Shown here: positions 36,101 to 47,029 of the stretch, piece after piece
How positions within the stretch are numbered: position 1 is the first letter of the stretch
Layout: each line of letters begins with the position of its first letter
Assembly: GCA_963514005.1 (NCBI GenBank)
Contig: OY740827.1
Span: 3,286,001-3,350,000 of the forward strand
Length of the DNA stretch: 64,000 bases
Origin: Raja brachyura
Taxonomy: Eukaryota
Direction of reading: 5' to 3'
Made by a program: the position numbers and the translations under genes
Notes under the pieces: model-generated
Seen by the model: the letters and a program-made list of their open reading frames with translations, nothing else
Told to the model about the DNA's origin: nothing
Database searches by the model: none

Positions 36101-37015
36101 AAATAATTTTTTTTTAAAACGGTGCGGCGCTCCCCCCTTTGCTGCAGTATATTTCAAATGCCACTCCTCTGTCCACTCTCCCAACCTGTCCAAGTCCTTC
36201 TGCAGAGTCCCTGCTCTCTCTACACTATCTGCCCCTCCACCAATTCTGTATCATCCACAAACTTGGCCACAAAGCCTTCAATCCCCTCATCCAAATCATT
36301 AATATATAATGTGAAGAGTAGTGGTGTGGAGGAGGGAACTGCAGATGATGGTTTGAACTGAAGATTGACACAAAAATAGGGAGAAACTCAGCCGGACAGG
36401 CAGCATCTCTGGAGAGAAGGAATGGGTGACGTTTCGCATCAAGACCCTTCTACAGACTGCAAGTCACGGGAAAGGGAAACGAGAGATATAGACAATAATG
36501 TACAGAGACAGAGAACAATGAATGAAAGATATGCATAAAAGTAATGATGATAAAGAAAACAAGCCATTGTTAGCTGTTTGTTGGGTGAGAACGACAATCT
36601 GTTGCGACTTAGGTGGGGGAGCAATGGAGAGAGAAGGAATGCAGGATTTACTTGAAGTGAGAGAAATCGATATTCATATCACTGGGTTGTAAGCTGCCCA
36701 TGCAAAATATACGATGCTGTTCCTCCAATTTGCATTTGGCCTCACTCTGACATCGGAGGAGAACTAGGACAGAAAGTTCAGTGTGGGAATGCAAAGGGGA
36801 ATTAAAATTTTTTGGCAACCGGGAGATCAGGTAGGTCCAGGCAGACTGAGCGAAGGTGGTCAGCGAAATTATCGTAGCGGCCCCAGCACCGACCCCTGCG
36901 GAACTCCGCTGGTCACTGGCAGCCAACCAGTAAAACCCTCCTCGCCCGGAAACACTGAGTTGCTGCTGATTGTACCTTGGAGAAGGGAGAGGAGGAAGAA
37001 CGATCTCCCGATCAT
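14937..37015 (-). CDS. Siglec-like (CD33/MAG/CD22 family) inhibitory receptor, 451 aa; join of 37015-36976, 35368-35000, 28135-27842, 24814-24533, 21185-21089, 18799-18718, 15128-14937
   Basis: All introns are GT-AG with compatible phases (1,1,1,1,2,0). Total 1356 nt, open from ATG to TAG. Domain order: signal, V, C2, C2, TM, ITIM, ITIM-like. Confidence 0.88.
15270..15480. repeat. (CT/CA)-rich microsatellite
   Basis: Degenerate ctct/caca tract. Confidence 0.85.
15520..15850 (+). mobile_element. PLE 3' fragment (GIY-YIG C-terminus and UTR)
   Basis: RKLEEQHLIFRLG matches 1861-1900. Related fragments at 26550-26820(-), 36340-36870(-), 41185-41580(+), 49110-49430(-) and 52300-52680(-). Confidence 0.8.
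15970..18195 (+). mobile_element. Rex1/Babar LINE, 5'-truncated, with a long open RT frame, in the last Siglec intron (antisense)
   Basis: PHLGQSDH, NQKPW, GPDG, DYRPVALT, QFAYR, FVDYSSAFN, GSPQG, KFADD, FRFLG, SGRRYRS, NSFYP motifs; tail ATGACAATAAA-(ACTAT)n. Confidence 0.92.
18718..18799 (-). CDS. Siglec-like gene: cytoplasmic exon
   Basis: 82 nt, phase 2 to 0; (K)REDGTMEKASGNQNTNVTSCPHSATNQ; ctcctgttgctccag acceptor, CAG|gtagtg donor; a unique-sequence island between repeats. Confidence 0.72.
20650..20995. repeat. Tandem array of ~58-bp units derived from the PLE pLTR segment
   Basis: About 6 copies of TCCAGAGATGCTGCCTGACCCGCTGAGTTA(C/T)TCCAGCACTTTGTACCTGTCCAC.., preceded by a degenerate hammerhead core at ~20614. 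Confidence 0.9.
21089..21185 (-). CDS. Siglec-like gene: transmembrane exon
   Basis: 97 nt; FKSFNIWIAVLLTAGIILIAVLAGFFIYKYIQ; ttcttacag acceptor, gtaagt donor; no charged residue within the TM. Confidence 0.88.
21745..22350 (+). mobile_element. Rex1/Babar 3' fragment (second family)
   Basis: YKKGQSRLYFLRRLRSFNI...SFFPVAIKLYN; GGGATAAATAAAG tail. Confidence 0.75.
23802..24392 (+). mobile_element. Solo LTR (Gypsy or ERV-like)
   Basis: TGTGAG...CTCACA termini; 4-bp TSD AGAA (23798-23801, 24393-24396); ATTGG (reverse CCAAT), TATAAAA at 24252, AATAAA at 24324. Confidence 0.85.
24533..24814 (-). CDS. Siglec-like gene: second C2-set Ig exon
   Basis: 282 nt; YAPRNLSI, EG..LC.V.SFP..LTW, DAGIYQCVAENEHG; gtgagt donor. 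Confidence 0.92.
26385..26550. repeat. Tandem ~58-bp pLTR-derived repeats (3 copies)
   Basis: ACAAAGTTCTGGAGTAACTCAGCGGGTCAGGCAGCATCTCT repeated three times. Confidence 0.85.
27842..28135 (-). CDS. Siglec-like gene: first C2-set Ig exon
   Basis: 294 nt; VTCIFNTTC (extra inter-domain Cys), PTLTW, SVLSLTP..HHGQNLTC; gtaagt donor. Confidence 0.92.
28921..29955 (+). mobile_element. Non-autonomous TIR element with 7-bp TSD (hAT-related, possibly hATw)
   Basis: TAGGTATGTTACAAAA...TTTTGTAACATTGCTA; TSD TTAGGAG on both sides; inverted homologue at 45423-46430. Confidence 0.85.
30434..31705 (+). pseudogene. DIRS gag-like ORF1 (stop at 31187)
   Basis: Position after the left repeat; P.NC..L.VP.VN..IW and YLFGENL motifs typical of DIRS gag. 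Confidence 0.75.
31720..31902. mobile_element. Fold-back PLE-derived mini-element with central hammerhead-like motif
   Basis: Perfect 55-bp inverted arms at 31755-31809 and 31849-31903; 14-bp TSD CTGCATA(G/A)CATCTG. Confidence 0.85.
32327..33053 (-). pseudogene. DIRS reverse transcriptase core, inverted relative to the element
   Basis: HFKMDT, IDLNAYYSVPI, LPNGLSSAP, AYLDDIL, IEYLG; continues the plus-strand ...CRIILDLTHFNT that ends at ~32183. Confidence 0.9.
33054..33400 (+). pseudogene. DIRS DNA N6-adenine methyltransferase-like domain
   Basis: IDLFTSRLN, DAF...W, FPPF, VPNWPTQSWFP motifs. Confidence 0.82.
33430..34399 (+). pseudogene. DIRS tyrosine recombinase, frameshifted
   Basis: SAINSARSALS, AQRVQ, LIKQSRPG, HSTRAAA, AAGW..FY motifs. 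Confidence 0.88.
35000..35368 (-). CDS. Siglec-like gene: V-set Ig exon
   Basis: 369 nt; QWS, GLCARIPC, IWF, DCSLVI, DAGPYFFRVE (sialic-acid-binding Arg); gtaagt donor. Confidence 0.93.
35510..35655. repeat. ~33-bp minisatellite, about 4 copies
   Basis: CCTCCTCACCGCCCCTCCCACAGTGTGTCACTC repeats. Confidence 0.85.
35800..36118 (+). mobile_element. Tx1-clade LINE 3' end
   Basis: LLGLAKLAIRRSR and GYIRAWVVLERD motifs, followed by a T-rich UTR. Confidence 0.6.
36976..37015 (-). CDS. Siglec-like gene: signal-peptide exon (coding part; exon starts at 37057)
   Basis: ctttctcttccag acceptor; ACAATG context; MIGRSFFLLSLLQ; G|gtacaa phase-1 donor. Confidence 0.82.
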
Positions 37016-37519
37016 TGTCCGATCCCAGATATCCCGTCAGTTACCCAATCTCCCGGTCTGGAAGAGAAAGTGATTGCAGTAAAACTCCAACGACCGATAT
37101 ACATTAAACGACACGGGTGCAATGCTAAGTTCTATAAGGCCTCACTTGTTGGTCAAGCCGCATTTGGAATATTGTGAGCAATTTTCAGCCCCATGTCTGA
37201 TGAAGGATGTGCAGACTCTGGATGGGTCTAGAGGAGGTTTACAGGAGTGAGTGGGTTTACATAGGATGAGCGTTTGACGGCACTGGGCCTGTACTCACTG
37301 GAGTTTAGATGAATGAGGGGACAATCAATGAAACTTACCGAATAGTGAAAGGCTTGGATAGAGTGGATGTGGGTAGGATATTTCCACTAGTGGGAGAGGT
37401 CATAGCCTCAGAATTAAAGGACGTTCTTTTAGGAAGGAAATGAGGAGGAATTTCTTCAGTTAGAGGGTGGTGAATCTGTGGAATTCTTTGCCACAGACGG
37501 CTGAGGAGGCCTATTCAAG

Positions 37520-38220
37520 CTTTCAAGGTCAGTTTATTGTCATGTACCAATTAAGGTACAGTGAAATTCGAATTACCAAATAAAAGCACCAAGAGACACA
37601 ACTACATAAAAGTTAACATAAACATCCACCACAGTGGACTCCGCACGATCCTCACTGTGACGGAAGGCAATAAAGTCCAAACTTCTTCCTCTTTTATTCT
37701 CCTGCGGTCGGGGCGATCGAACCATCCGCAGTCTGGGGGATTGAAGCTCCCGCAGCCAGCGGTTGAAGACCCCGCGTCGGGGCGATCGAAGCTCCCGCGT
37801 TGGGGTGTTCAAAGCTCCTGTGACTTGGAGTTTCCTGAAGTCGGTCTCTAACCCGAGACCACAAGCTCCGTGATGTTAAAGTCCACAGCACCCATGGGTG
37901 GAGCCCCAAAATCGACCCCCGACATGGATCACAAGCTCCGTGATGGTAGGTCCTACAGGCACCCGGGGTAGAGCTCTCAAAGTCAGTCTCCAGCAAAGGC
38001 CGCCAACTCCTCGATGTGAGACCGCAGTGCGGACGGAGATATGATACGGAAGAAAATCACATCTCCGTCGAGGTAAGAGATTAGAACAAGTTTCCCCCAA
38101 CTCCCCCCCTGCACATAAAACAACCTAAAGAACACTAAAGACATACACTTAACACACACAGACAGAGAACAAAGAAGGGAGTTATAAGCATCCCAACCGT
38201 TAGACTTCGCGCTAATCTTT
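37520..38220 (-). mobile_element. Second copy of the GC-rich non-autonomous element (cf. 7915-8757)
   Basis: Shared segments such as AAACATCCA.CACAGTG and CCTCACTGTGA.GGAAGGCAA, plus the TGACAATAAA tail. Confidence 0.5.
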
Positions 38221-38439
38221 GCCAAGTAACATGATGGCGCAGCGGTAGAGTTGCTGCCTCACAGCGCCAGAAACCCGACTTCGATCCTGACTACAGGTGC
38301 TGTCTGTACGGAGTTTGTACGTTCTCCCTGTGATCTGCATGGATTTTCTCCGAGATCTCTGGTTTCCTTCCACACCCCAAAGACGTACAGGTTTGTAGGT
38401 TAATTAGACTTCGGTAAAAAAAAATGTATTTGTCCGAAG

Positions 38440-39070
38440 TGTGTGCAGGATAACGTTGGTCACAGGTCGGCATGGGCCGAAAGGCCTGTTTCTACACAGT
38501 ATCACTAAACTAAACACAGAACTTGTTTGTGAACTGGTGATATCTGGTCGGCACGGACTAGGTGGGCCGAAGTGCCTGTTTCCACGCTGTATCTCTAAAC
38601 TAAAGAGAGAACTAGTGTGTGAACGGGTGATCACTGGTCGGCACGGACTAGGTGGGCCGAAGGGCCTGTTTCCACGCTGTATCTCTAAACTAAACACAGA
38701 ACTAGTGTGTGAACGGGTGATCGCTGGTCGGCACGGACTCGGTGGGCCGAAGTGCCTGTTTCCACGCTGTATCTCTAAACTAAACACAGAACTAGTGTGT
38801 GAACGGGTGATCGATTGTCGGCACGGACTCGGTGGGATGATGGGCCTGTTTCTGTGCTGTATCTCTAAACTAAAGAGAGAACTAGTGTGTGAACGGGTGA
38901 TCGCTGGTCGGCACGGACTCGGTGGGCCGAAGGGCCTGTTTCCGTGCTGTATCTCTAAACTAAACATATAAGTGGTGTGTGAACGGGTGATCGATTGTCG
39001 GCGTGGGCTTGATGGGCCGAAGGGCCTGATTCCGTGCTGTGTCTCTTAACTAGAAAACTAAACTAAACTG
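38440..39070. repeat. Tandem array of 90-bp SINE-tail units
   Basis: 6-7 copies of ACTAGTGTGTGAACGGGTGATCGCTGGTCGGCACGGACTCGGTGGGCCGAAGGGCCTGTTTCC..CTGTATCTCTAAACTAAA following the SINE head at 38232. Related inverted units at 39250-40250. Confidence 0.9.
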
Positions 39071-42059
39071 ACATCAACGGCTGCTGTGCTGCCATGTGGT
39101 TAAGTCCCACAAGGTGCCTGGTACATGAATTAGGGAAGGTATCTGAGGAACAGCTTAAGGCTCTAAGCTGATCATTACTAAAGTTGAAGTAAGAGGCTAT
39201 TCATACAGAGGTTGATGAGGGGTTGTGTGGGTTGTGGAACAACATTTAGTTTAGTTCAGTTTCGTTAAGAGATACAGCGCGAAAACAGGCCTTCGGCCCA
39301 TCGAGCCCACGCCGACCAACGATCTCCCAGTTACGCATTATTTCTATGTTTAGTCTAGAAATACAGCGTGGAAACAGGCCCTTCAGCCCACCAGGTCCGT
39401 GCCCACCAGCGATCACCCATTTCACACACTAGTTCTCTCTTTAGTCAGAGGGTGGTGAATCTGTGGAATTATTTGCCACAGCAGGCTGTGGAGGGCAAGT
39501 CAGTGGATAGTTTTAAGGCAGAGTAAAATAGATTGTTGATTAGTGCGAGTGTCAGGGGTTATGGGGAGAAGGCAGGAGAATGGGGTTAGGAGGGAGAGAT
39601 AGATCAGCCATGATTGAGTGGCAGAGTAGAGCTGATGGGCCGAATGGCCTGATTCTGCTGCTATCACATGACTGTAAATATCACCAACAGCATACCCTGC
39701 ATCAACTACATTGAAGCTGTGGTCAATAAGGCACACTAATGTTTCATCTTCCTCAAAAGATGAAGGAAGTTTGGCATTTCTCCAGTGATTCACACCAACT
39801 TCTTCACATGAACTGTGAAAGAACACTGTTAGGTTGCAGCACGCCATGGTTTGGGACCAGCTCTGTCCAAGACCACAAGAAATTGCTGAGAACTTAGTTT
39901 AGTTTAGTTCAGAGATGCAGCGCTGAAACAGGCCCCCTCGGCCCACCGAGTCCATGCCGACCATCGATCACCCGTTCACACACTAGTTATATGTTTAGTT
40001 TTTGAGATACAGTACAGATACAGGACCTTCAGTCCACCGAGTTTGCCCGACCAGCGATCACCCATTCACACATTAATACTGTGTTTAGTTTAGAGACAGC
40101 GCGGAAACAGGCGCACTGAGTCCGTGCTGACCAGCGATCACCGTTCACACACTAGTTCTGTGTTTAGTTCAGAGATGCAGCGCGGAAACAGGTTCTTCGG
40201 CCCACCCAGTCCGTGCCGACCAGCGATCCCCACACACTAGCACTATCCTACACACACCAGGGACAATTTACAATTTTGCAAAGTCAATTAACCTACAAAC
40301 CAGCACATCTATGGAATGTGGGAGGAAACCAGAGAAATCCAAAGCAGGTCAAGAGTCCAGATTCAAGAATGTTTTATTGTCAAATGTCCCAGATTGTAGA
40401 ATGAAATTCTTACTTGCAGCAGCACAACAGAATATGTAAACGGGCAAACTCCATACAGACAAGCACCCAAAGTCAGGATCAACCAGGGTCTCTGGCACTG
40501 TGAGGCAGCAATGCTACCCCTGCGCCACCTTGCCGCCCCTAACATGGATATCGCCCAGTCCATCACACAAAGCAGTCTCCCCATTCCACCCACCGAAGGT
40601 TCTGTTAGAAAGCATTTTATCAGGATGCATCACAGCTTGGTTTGAGAACAGTTCCATCCACACAGCAACATGCTCTTCGGCCCACCACGTCCATGTCAGC
40701 CCTTTTTTGTCCATCGATTGGTATGGTTGTGCAATTGCCATCTGTAACAGGATACAGTGTTTGCATGCAACCCAGGTAAGTCATACTATATAAGAATTCC
40801 ACAGATTCACCACCTTCTCACTAAAGATATTTCTCCTCATCTCCTTCCCAAACGAACGTCCCTTAAATTGGAAGCTATAACCTCTGGTCCTAGACTCTCC
40901 CACTAGTGGAAACATCCTCTCCACATCCACTCTATTCAAACCATTCACTATTCTGCACGTTTCAAAGAGGTTCCCCCCTCATTATTCTAAACTCCAGCAA
41001 GTACAGGCCCAGCGCCGGCAAACGTTCACCTGATGTTAACCATCTAATTTCTGGGATCATTCATGTGAACCTTCTCTCAACCCTCTCCGGAGCCAGAACA
41101 TACTTCCTCAGATACGGGGCCCAAAATTGCTCACAATATTGAGTATAATACAGACTAAGAGTCAGGGGAGATGGAGACAGAGACACCTTTCTGACCTTTC
41201 TGTCCTGAGGCCTCCTCCACTGTCAGAGTGAGGCCCAACACAAATTGGAGGAACAGCACCTCATAATTCACTTGGGAAGTTTACACCCCAGCGTTATGAA
41301 TATCATAACGTAAGCAAGTAACCCTCGCTTTCCCTCTCTCTCCATCCCTCCCCTTTCCTATTCTACGACCAGTCTGACTCTCCTCCTGATTAAATCTTAT
41401 CTCTGTTTGCTTCATTGTCACCTTCTCCTCGCTAACAATTGTCTATTCTACATTTTCCTCGAACTTCATAACCTTTGTCTCGTTTTCACACCTTTCACTT
41501 CCTTATCTCTGTGTCTCTCTCTCCCCTCACTCTCAGTCTGAAGAAGGGTCTCGACCCGAAACGTCACCCATTCCTTCTCTCCGATTTTCAGATTTGGGGA
41601 CAGTTTCTTCCCAGCTATTATCAGGCAACTGAATCCTCCTACAACAACCAGAGTGCAGTGCTGAACAACTAACTACCTCTTTGATGATCCTAAGACTATC
41701 CTTGATCAGTCTTTGCTGGTTTTAGCTTACACTAAACGTTATTCCCTTATCATGTATCTGTACACTGTACATGGAACAATTGTAATCATGCATAGTGAGG
41801 AACTGCAGATGCTGGTTTAAACCACAGATATACCCAAAATGATGGCGTAACTCAGCGGGCAGGCAGCACCTCTGAATAGAAGGAATAGGTGGCATTTCAG
41901 GTCGAGACCCTTCTTTTATCCACAGATGCTGCCTGTCCCATTGAGTTACTCCAGCATTGTGTCTATCTTCGATTATAATCATGTGTTGTCTTTCCGCTGG
42001 CTGGTTAGCACGTAACAAAAGCGTTTTGTTGTATCTCGGTACACCCAACAATAAACATC

Positions 42060-42720
42060 GAAAACATAGAATGATAGAAAATAGGTGCAGGAGTAACCCA
42101 TTCGGCCCTTCCAGCCAGCCCCGCCATTCAATATGATCATGGCTGATCATCCAGAATCAGTATCCCGTTCCTGCATTCTCCAAATCCCTTGATACCGTTA
42201 GTGATAAGAGCTAAATCTAACTCTCTCTTGAAAACATCCAGAGAATTGGCCTCCGCTGCCTTCTTTATTCGAGAATTCCACAGATTCACAACACTCTGGG
42301 TGAAAAGGTTTTTCCTTGTCTCAGTCCTAAATGGCCTACCGCTAATACTTAAACTGTGACCGCTGGTTCTGAACTCCCCCAACATCGGTAAATTTTTTCC
42401 TGCATCTAGCTTGTCCACTCCCTTAAGAATTTTATATGTTTCTATAAGATTCCCTCTCATCCTTCTAAATTCCAGAGAATTCAAGCCCTGTCGACCCATT
42501 CGTTCATCATATGTCAGTCCTGCCATACCGGGAATTAACCTGATGAGAATGTGTAGGAAAGAACTGCAGATGCTGGTTCAAATCGAAGGTCGACACATAA
42601 TTCTGGAGTAACTCAGTGGGACAAGTAGCATCTCTGGAGAGAAGGAATGGGTGACGTTTCAGATTCAAGACCCTTCTTCAGACCTGGTGAACCTACGCAG
42701 CACTGCCTCAATAGCAAGAA
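42060..42720 (-). mobile_element. CR1-clade LINE 3' fragment interrupted by a hammerhead mini-element
   Basis: Homologous to 62423-62950; insert at ~42545-42683. Other CR1 pieces at 18930-19830, 20040-20560, 23255-23740, 25130-25630, 26850-27250, 37120-37510, 40790-41140 and 48165-48860. Confidence 0.8.
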
Positions 42721-42918
42721 AACTAAACTAAACTCTCCCGAGATGTTGCCTGTCCCGCTGAGTTACTCCGGCACTTTGTGTCTATCTTCGATGTAAGCCA
42801 GCATCTGCAATTACCTTAATACACAAAGTATTTCCGTGATCAGACTCTGTACAAAATCACAACTCAACTAAACAGGTCGTTGTTTGTGGGAACGAGCGAC
42901 AGACACGGAATTACGTAC

Positions 42919-43010
42919 CTGGGTTCTGTCCGCTGCTCGTCTCTGGAGTATCGACTGACAAACTCTTGTCCTCAGCGACCGTTACCGTGTGGAGAACACG
43001 AATGTGTAGA
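42919..43010 (-). other. Probable non-coding first exon of the Siglec-like gene
   Basis: Unique-sequence island with a CAG|gtacgt donor, directly downstream of the ETS/IRF cluster. The 5' boundary is uncertain. Confidence 0.5.
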
Positions 43011-43026
43011 GGGGAAAATTTACATC

Positions 43027-43052
43027 AGGAAACGGAAGTGAAATAAGGAAGT
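43027..43052 (-). promoter_or_regulatory. PU.1/IRF composite element cluster (candidate Siglec promoter)
   Basis: Plus strand AGGAAACGGAAGTGAAATAAGGAAGT contains EICE GGAAnnGAAA and IECS GAAAnnnGGAA. Confidence 0.6.
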
Positions 43053-45422
43053 ATACCTTTATCAGCACACGGTTAACCCCTTTCATCCCTGATGTGGCAT
43101 GACTTTGACTTAGTGGAGGGAGTGCTATAATGTGGGAAGAGTCCCTCACTATCTCTGCAAACCTACTTTGGCTCTGACCCTATTCCTGGTCTCTGGAACA
43201 CCCTCCCCACTGGCCCCTACACCCCTCCATGTCAAATTGGAGGTATTTAATCTAACGGGTGTGACAGTCTCCTGTTCCACAGTGCCATGGTATGGGTGCT
43301 CATTTGGACAAGACTGCACTGATTCAAGAATTGCGCAGGAAACAACTGCAGATACTGGATTAAATCGAAGATAGACACAAATTGCTGGAGTACCTCAACG
43401 GGACAGGCAGCATCACTGGAGAGAAGGAATAGGTGACGTTTCGGGTCTGAAGAAGGGTCTCGACCTGAAGCATCACCCATTCCTTCTCCCTAGAGAAGCT
43501 GCCTGACCCGCTGAGTTACTGATTCAAGAATGTCTGGATTTGTGCAAGGCAAGTTTGCCCAACTAACTCCGCAAAGTTTTTGAATGAATTAGCAGAGTGA
43601 AAACCTAGAACAGAGAATAGCACAGCACAGGAACATGTCCGTGCCGAACATGATGCTAAATTATTCTCCTTTGCATGCACATAATCTGGAACTCTGCATT
43701 CCCTGCATGTCCTTCTGCCTATCTAAAGGTCACCAAAACACCACTATCATCACTGCCTACACCATCACCCCTAGGCACCACCACTCTCTGGGTAAAATAC
43801 GATCCCCACACATTTTAGATCTCATTAAGAATGAAGATACAGCGTGAAAACAGGCCCTTCGGCCCACCGACCATCGATCACCCGTTCACACACTGGTTCA
43901 ATGTTTAGTGTAGAGGTACAGGATGGAAACAGGCCCTTCGACCCACTGAGTCCGCGCCAACCTCCGATCCCGCACACTAACACCATCCGACACACACTCG
44001 GGACAATTTTACATTTATAGCAAGCCTATTATCCTACAATCCCGTGCGTCTTTGGAGTGTGGGAGGAAACCGAAGATCTCGGAGAAAGCCCACTCAGGTC
44101 ACGGGGAGAACGTGCAAGCTCTGTACAGGCATGTGGTCGTGATCGAACCCGGGTCTCTGGCTCTGTGAGGCAGCAACTCTACCGCTGCGCCATCGTGCCA
44201 CCCATTTCAGCTTTCCCCCTCTAACCTTAATTTGCCCCTAGTGCATGAGTAAGAGTCATGGAAACAGTAAAGTGGCAGAGACATGAGAGGCCCAACAACC
44301 TCTCACTTCACAAGGAAGTGGACAAAGGTAGTAACAGGAAATTTAGTGCTAAAATTAAAAATGTTGTTCAGAATGAAGGGAAAATGAATTGAACAGTTCC
44401 CCAAAGCTGAGGGTGCAGAACAGTCCCTTTATTAATCAAGAAAGCAATGTGCTGGAGGAACTCAGCGGATCTGCGGAGGGAGCGGACCAGTGTCACCAGC
44501 TCCTTGTTTCTACAAATGACATTTCAGATTGAGTCCCTCCCTCAGACTGAGGGAATAGAGGGAAAATCGGAAAAGCAAGGTCATAGTCATAGAGTGACAC
44601 AGCGTGGAAACGGGCCCTTCGGCCCAACTGGCCCACACTGGCCATCATGTCCCAGCTACACTCGTCCCACCTGCCCGCGTTTTATCCCTCCAAACCTGTC
44701 CTATCCATGTACCTAGACACACGATGCTGGAGTAACTCAGCGGGACAGGCAGCATCTCTGGAGAAAAGGAATGGGCGACGTTTCGGGTCAAGACCCTTCT
44801 TCAGACCTATCCATGTACCTTAAACGTTGGGACAGTCAATGCCTCAACGACCTCCCCTGGCAGCTTGTTCCGTGTACCCAGCACCCTTTGTGTGACTAAG
44901 TTACCCCTCAGATCCCGACTAAATCTTTGCCCCCTCTCACCATAAACCTATGTCCTCTGGTCCACAACTCACCTACTCTGGGCAAGAGACTCTGTGCATC
45001 TACCCGATTTATTCCTCTCATGATTTTATACCGTGTGCGGACGTTGCGCCGACAGACAAGAAGCCGAAGCAAAGAAGCCAAAGCCAAAGAACCGACTAGA
45101 AACAAGGCCAAAAGGCCAATCAACCGAAAGAGTCCGAAGACGAAACGCCTACTAACTAAAAGGATGGGACGCCTAAATGCAAACTAACCGAAAGTGCGGT
45201 ACGCCTAAACGCCACCGAACCGATAGGCTGGGTCGCCTAAAAGCAAACTTACCGAATGGCCGCTCAGTCGAAACGCCACCTACCCGAAAGGCGGCGTCGC
45301 CTACAGGCCAAAGTCTGACTGCCTCCCGACAGGACAGGGAAATAATGCCACCAATTAATTAACCATGTTCCCGAATGTATGAACGATTTATACATGTAAT
45401 ACATGATATACATTCATACAAG

Positions 45423-46430
45423 TAGCAATGTTACAACATTTTGAGATTTAGAAAATCAAGCCTGCAATTTATCCCATCAGATAAAGAATAAAAAGAAGAT
45501 TAATTTGACACCTAATTTACTTTCATATCTTCAGTATTGAGAAAGTTATGGCCATTTTCATACTCGGAAATTAGCATCTTGCTCCCCATTGCCTTTCAAT
45601 TGACTTAACTCAAAAGCTGTGATCTGGAAAAGTTAAAAGCCCATAACTTTCTTAAAAATTAAGAGAACTCAATGAAATTTTCAGTTATTATAGATTGAAG
45701 CATTCTGAAACAAATATTAAACAATCTTACTTGGATTACCTGAAATTAAAGCATATAATTAGTTAGTTATCTAATTGTAGCTAATTACAAAATTCAATGA
45801 GTAGATCTAAACATCTATCCATTTCTTAAGAAAAGATAAACTTTTTTTTAATTGCCTAAGTGTCCAAATAACATTCACACAATAATCCACAATATAACAT
45901 AATTTTTAAATCTCATTTTCATGAATTTCTGGGCCAAATGGAAGGTATTTAGTGTTTGATTCCTGTAAATTAATGGCCATTTAAATCAACTAGCGAGTGG
46001 GTTTTAGTGGAATGCGGTGGATTGGAACGTTGCGGTTAGCGGTGAAGTGGGCAGGAAAAATACTGTTTGTTCATACATTCATTTCGCAACATAAAAATAT
46101 TATTAAAGCCTCCCGAAAAACCAACTTTTAATATAAAAATAAACTATTTACCTTTTTTCTCCCCTACGGAAAATCCTTCCTTTTGTCAGCTCTCACGGCT
46201 TTTGAAGGTGATTTTTAAATTACTCTAGTTAACAAATAATTTAATTTAAAAATACCTTCATTGATGAAATGTCGGAGCGATTTTTCTTCCGCAACTAAAT
46301 CGCCCGACATTCATCATTCTGTCGAAAAACGGCACTTTAAGCCCGCCCCCCTCTGAAAGGCGCCAAAGTCGCGCACACGGGGAGCGGCAGAACTGCAGCG
46401 CCGCTAAAGGTAAGTTTTGCAACATACCTA
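45423..46430 (-). mobile_element. Second copy of the 7-bp-TSD TIR element, nested in the MULE-like element
   Basis: TSD ATACAAG (45416-45422, 46431-46437); reverse complement of 28921-29955. Confidence 0.87.
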
Positions 46431-47029
46431 ATACAAGGTTAATTAACGTGTGTATTTCATGTATTACATGTATAAATCGTTCTTATTTCCCTGTCCTAAC
46501 GGCCTTTGTTTTAGCCGGTGATTCCATCTATTCCATCCCTCCCTCGCAAAGATGAGGGGTATCAATTTGAGTGCACGTGTTTGAATGGATGCAAGCGGCA
46601 TGTCCAGCTTCCCTCCTGGGCGCGCAATACACGAAGCCGATGAAATGACACAACTGCCACACCAAAGATAGACACAAAATGCTGGAGTAACTCAGCTGAA
46701 GAGGCAGCATCTCTGGAGAGAAGGAATGGGTGGAGTTTCGGGTCAAGACCCTTCAGACGCACTCTGAAGAATGGTCTCAGCACGAAACGTCACCCATTCC
46801 TTCTCTCCATAGATGCTGCCTGTTTTGGCTTGGGTGCGTTCCGCAAACACCGAGACAGTAATAAATAAACCATCTGTCCCCGTGGCCGGGGTGAATCACC
46901 CTGGTGTGGGTGTCAAAGACCGGGGGTCAAGGGGGGGGGGGGGGAGGGGAAATCACCCTGGTGTGGATGTTGGGGTCCGATGGCGGTGCATCGCGGTCAG
47001 TAACAGTGGGACGCTCCTGCGGGTGGAGA

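Noticed and set aside
38404-38971. Repetitive Cys-containing ORFs on both strands (also 50619-50963, 51397-51789, 62018-62323)
   Set aside because: Open only because the repeat unit is a multiple of 3; no splice or domain support.
42815-42847. Alternative signal-peptide exon after an acceptor-like TTTTGTACAG
   Set aside because: No ATG and it runs into a repeat; a much better signal exon exists at 36976-37057.
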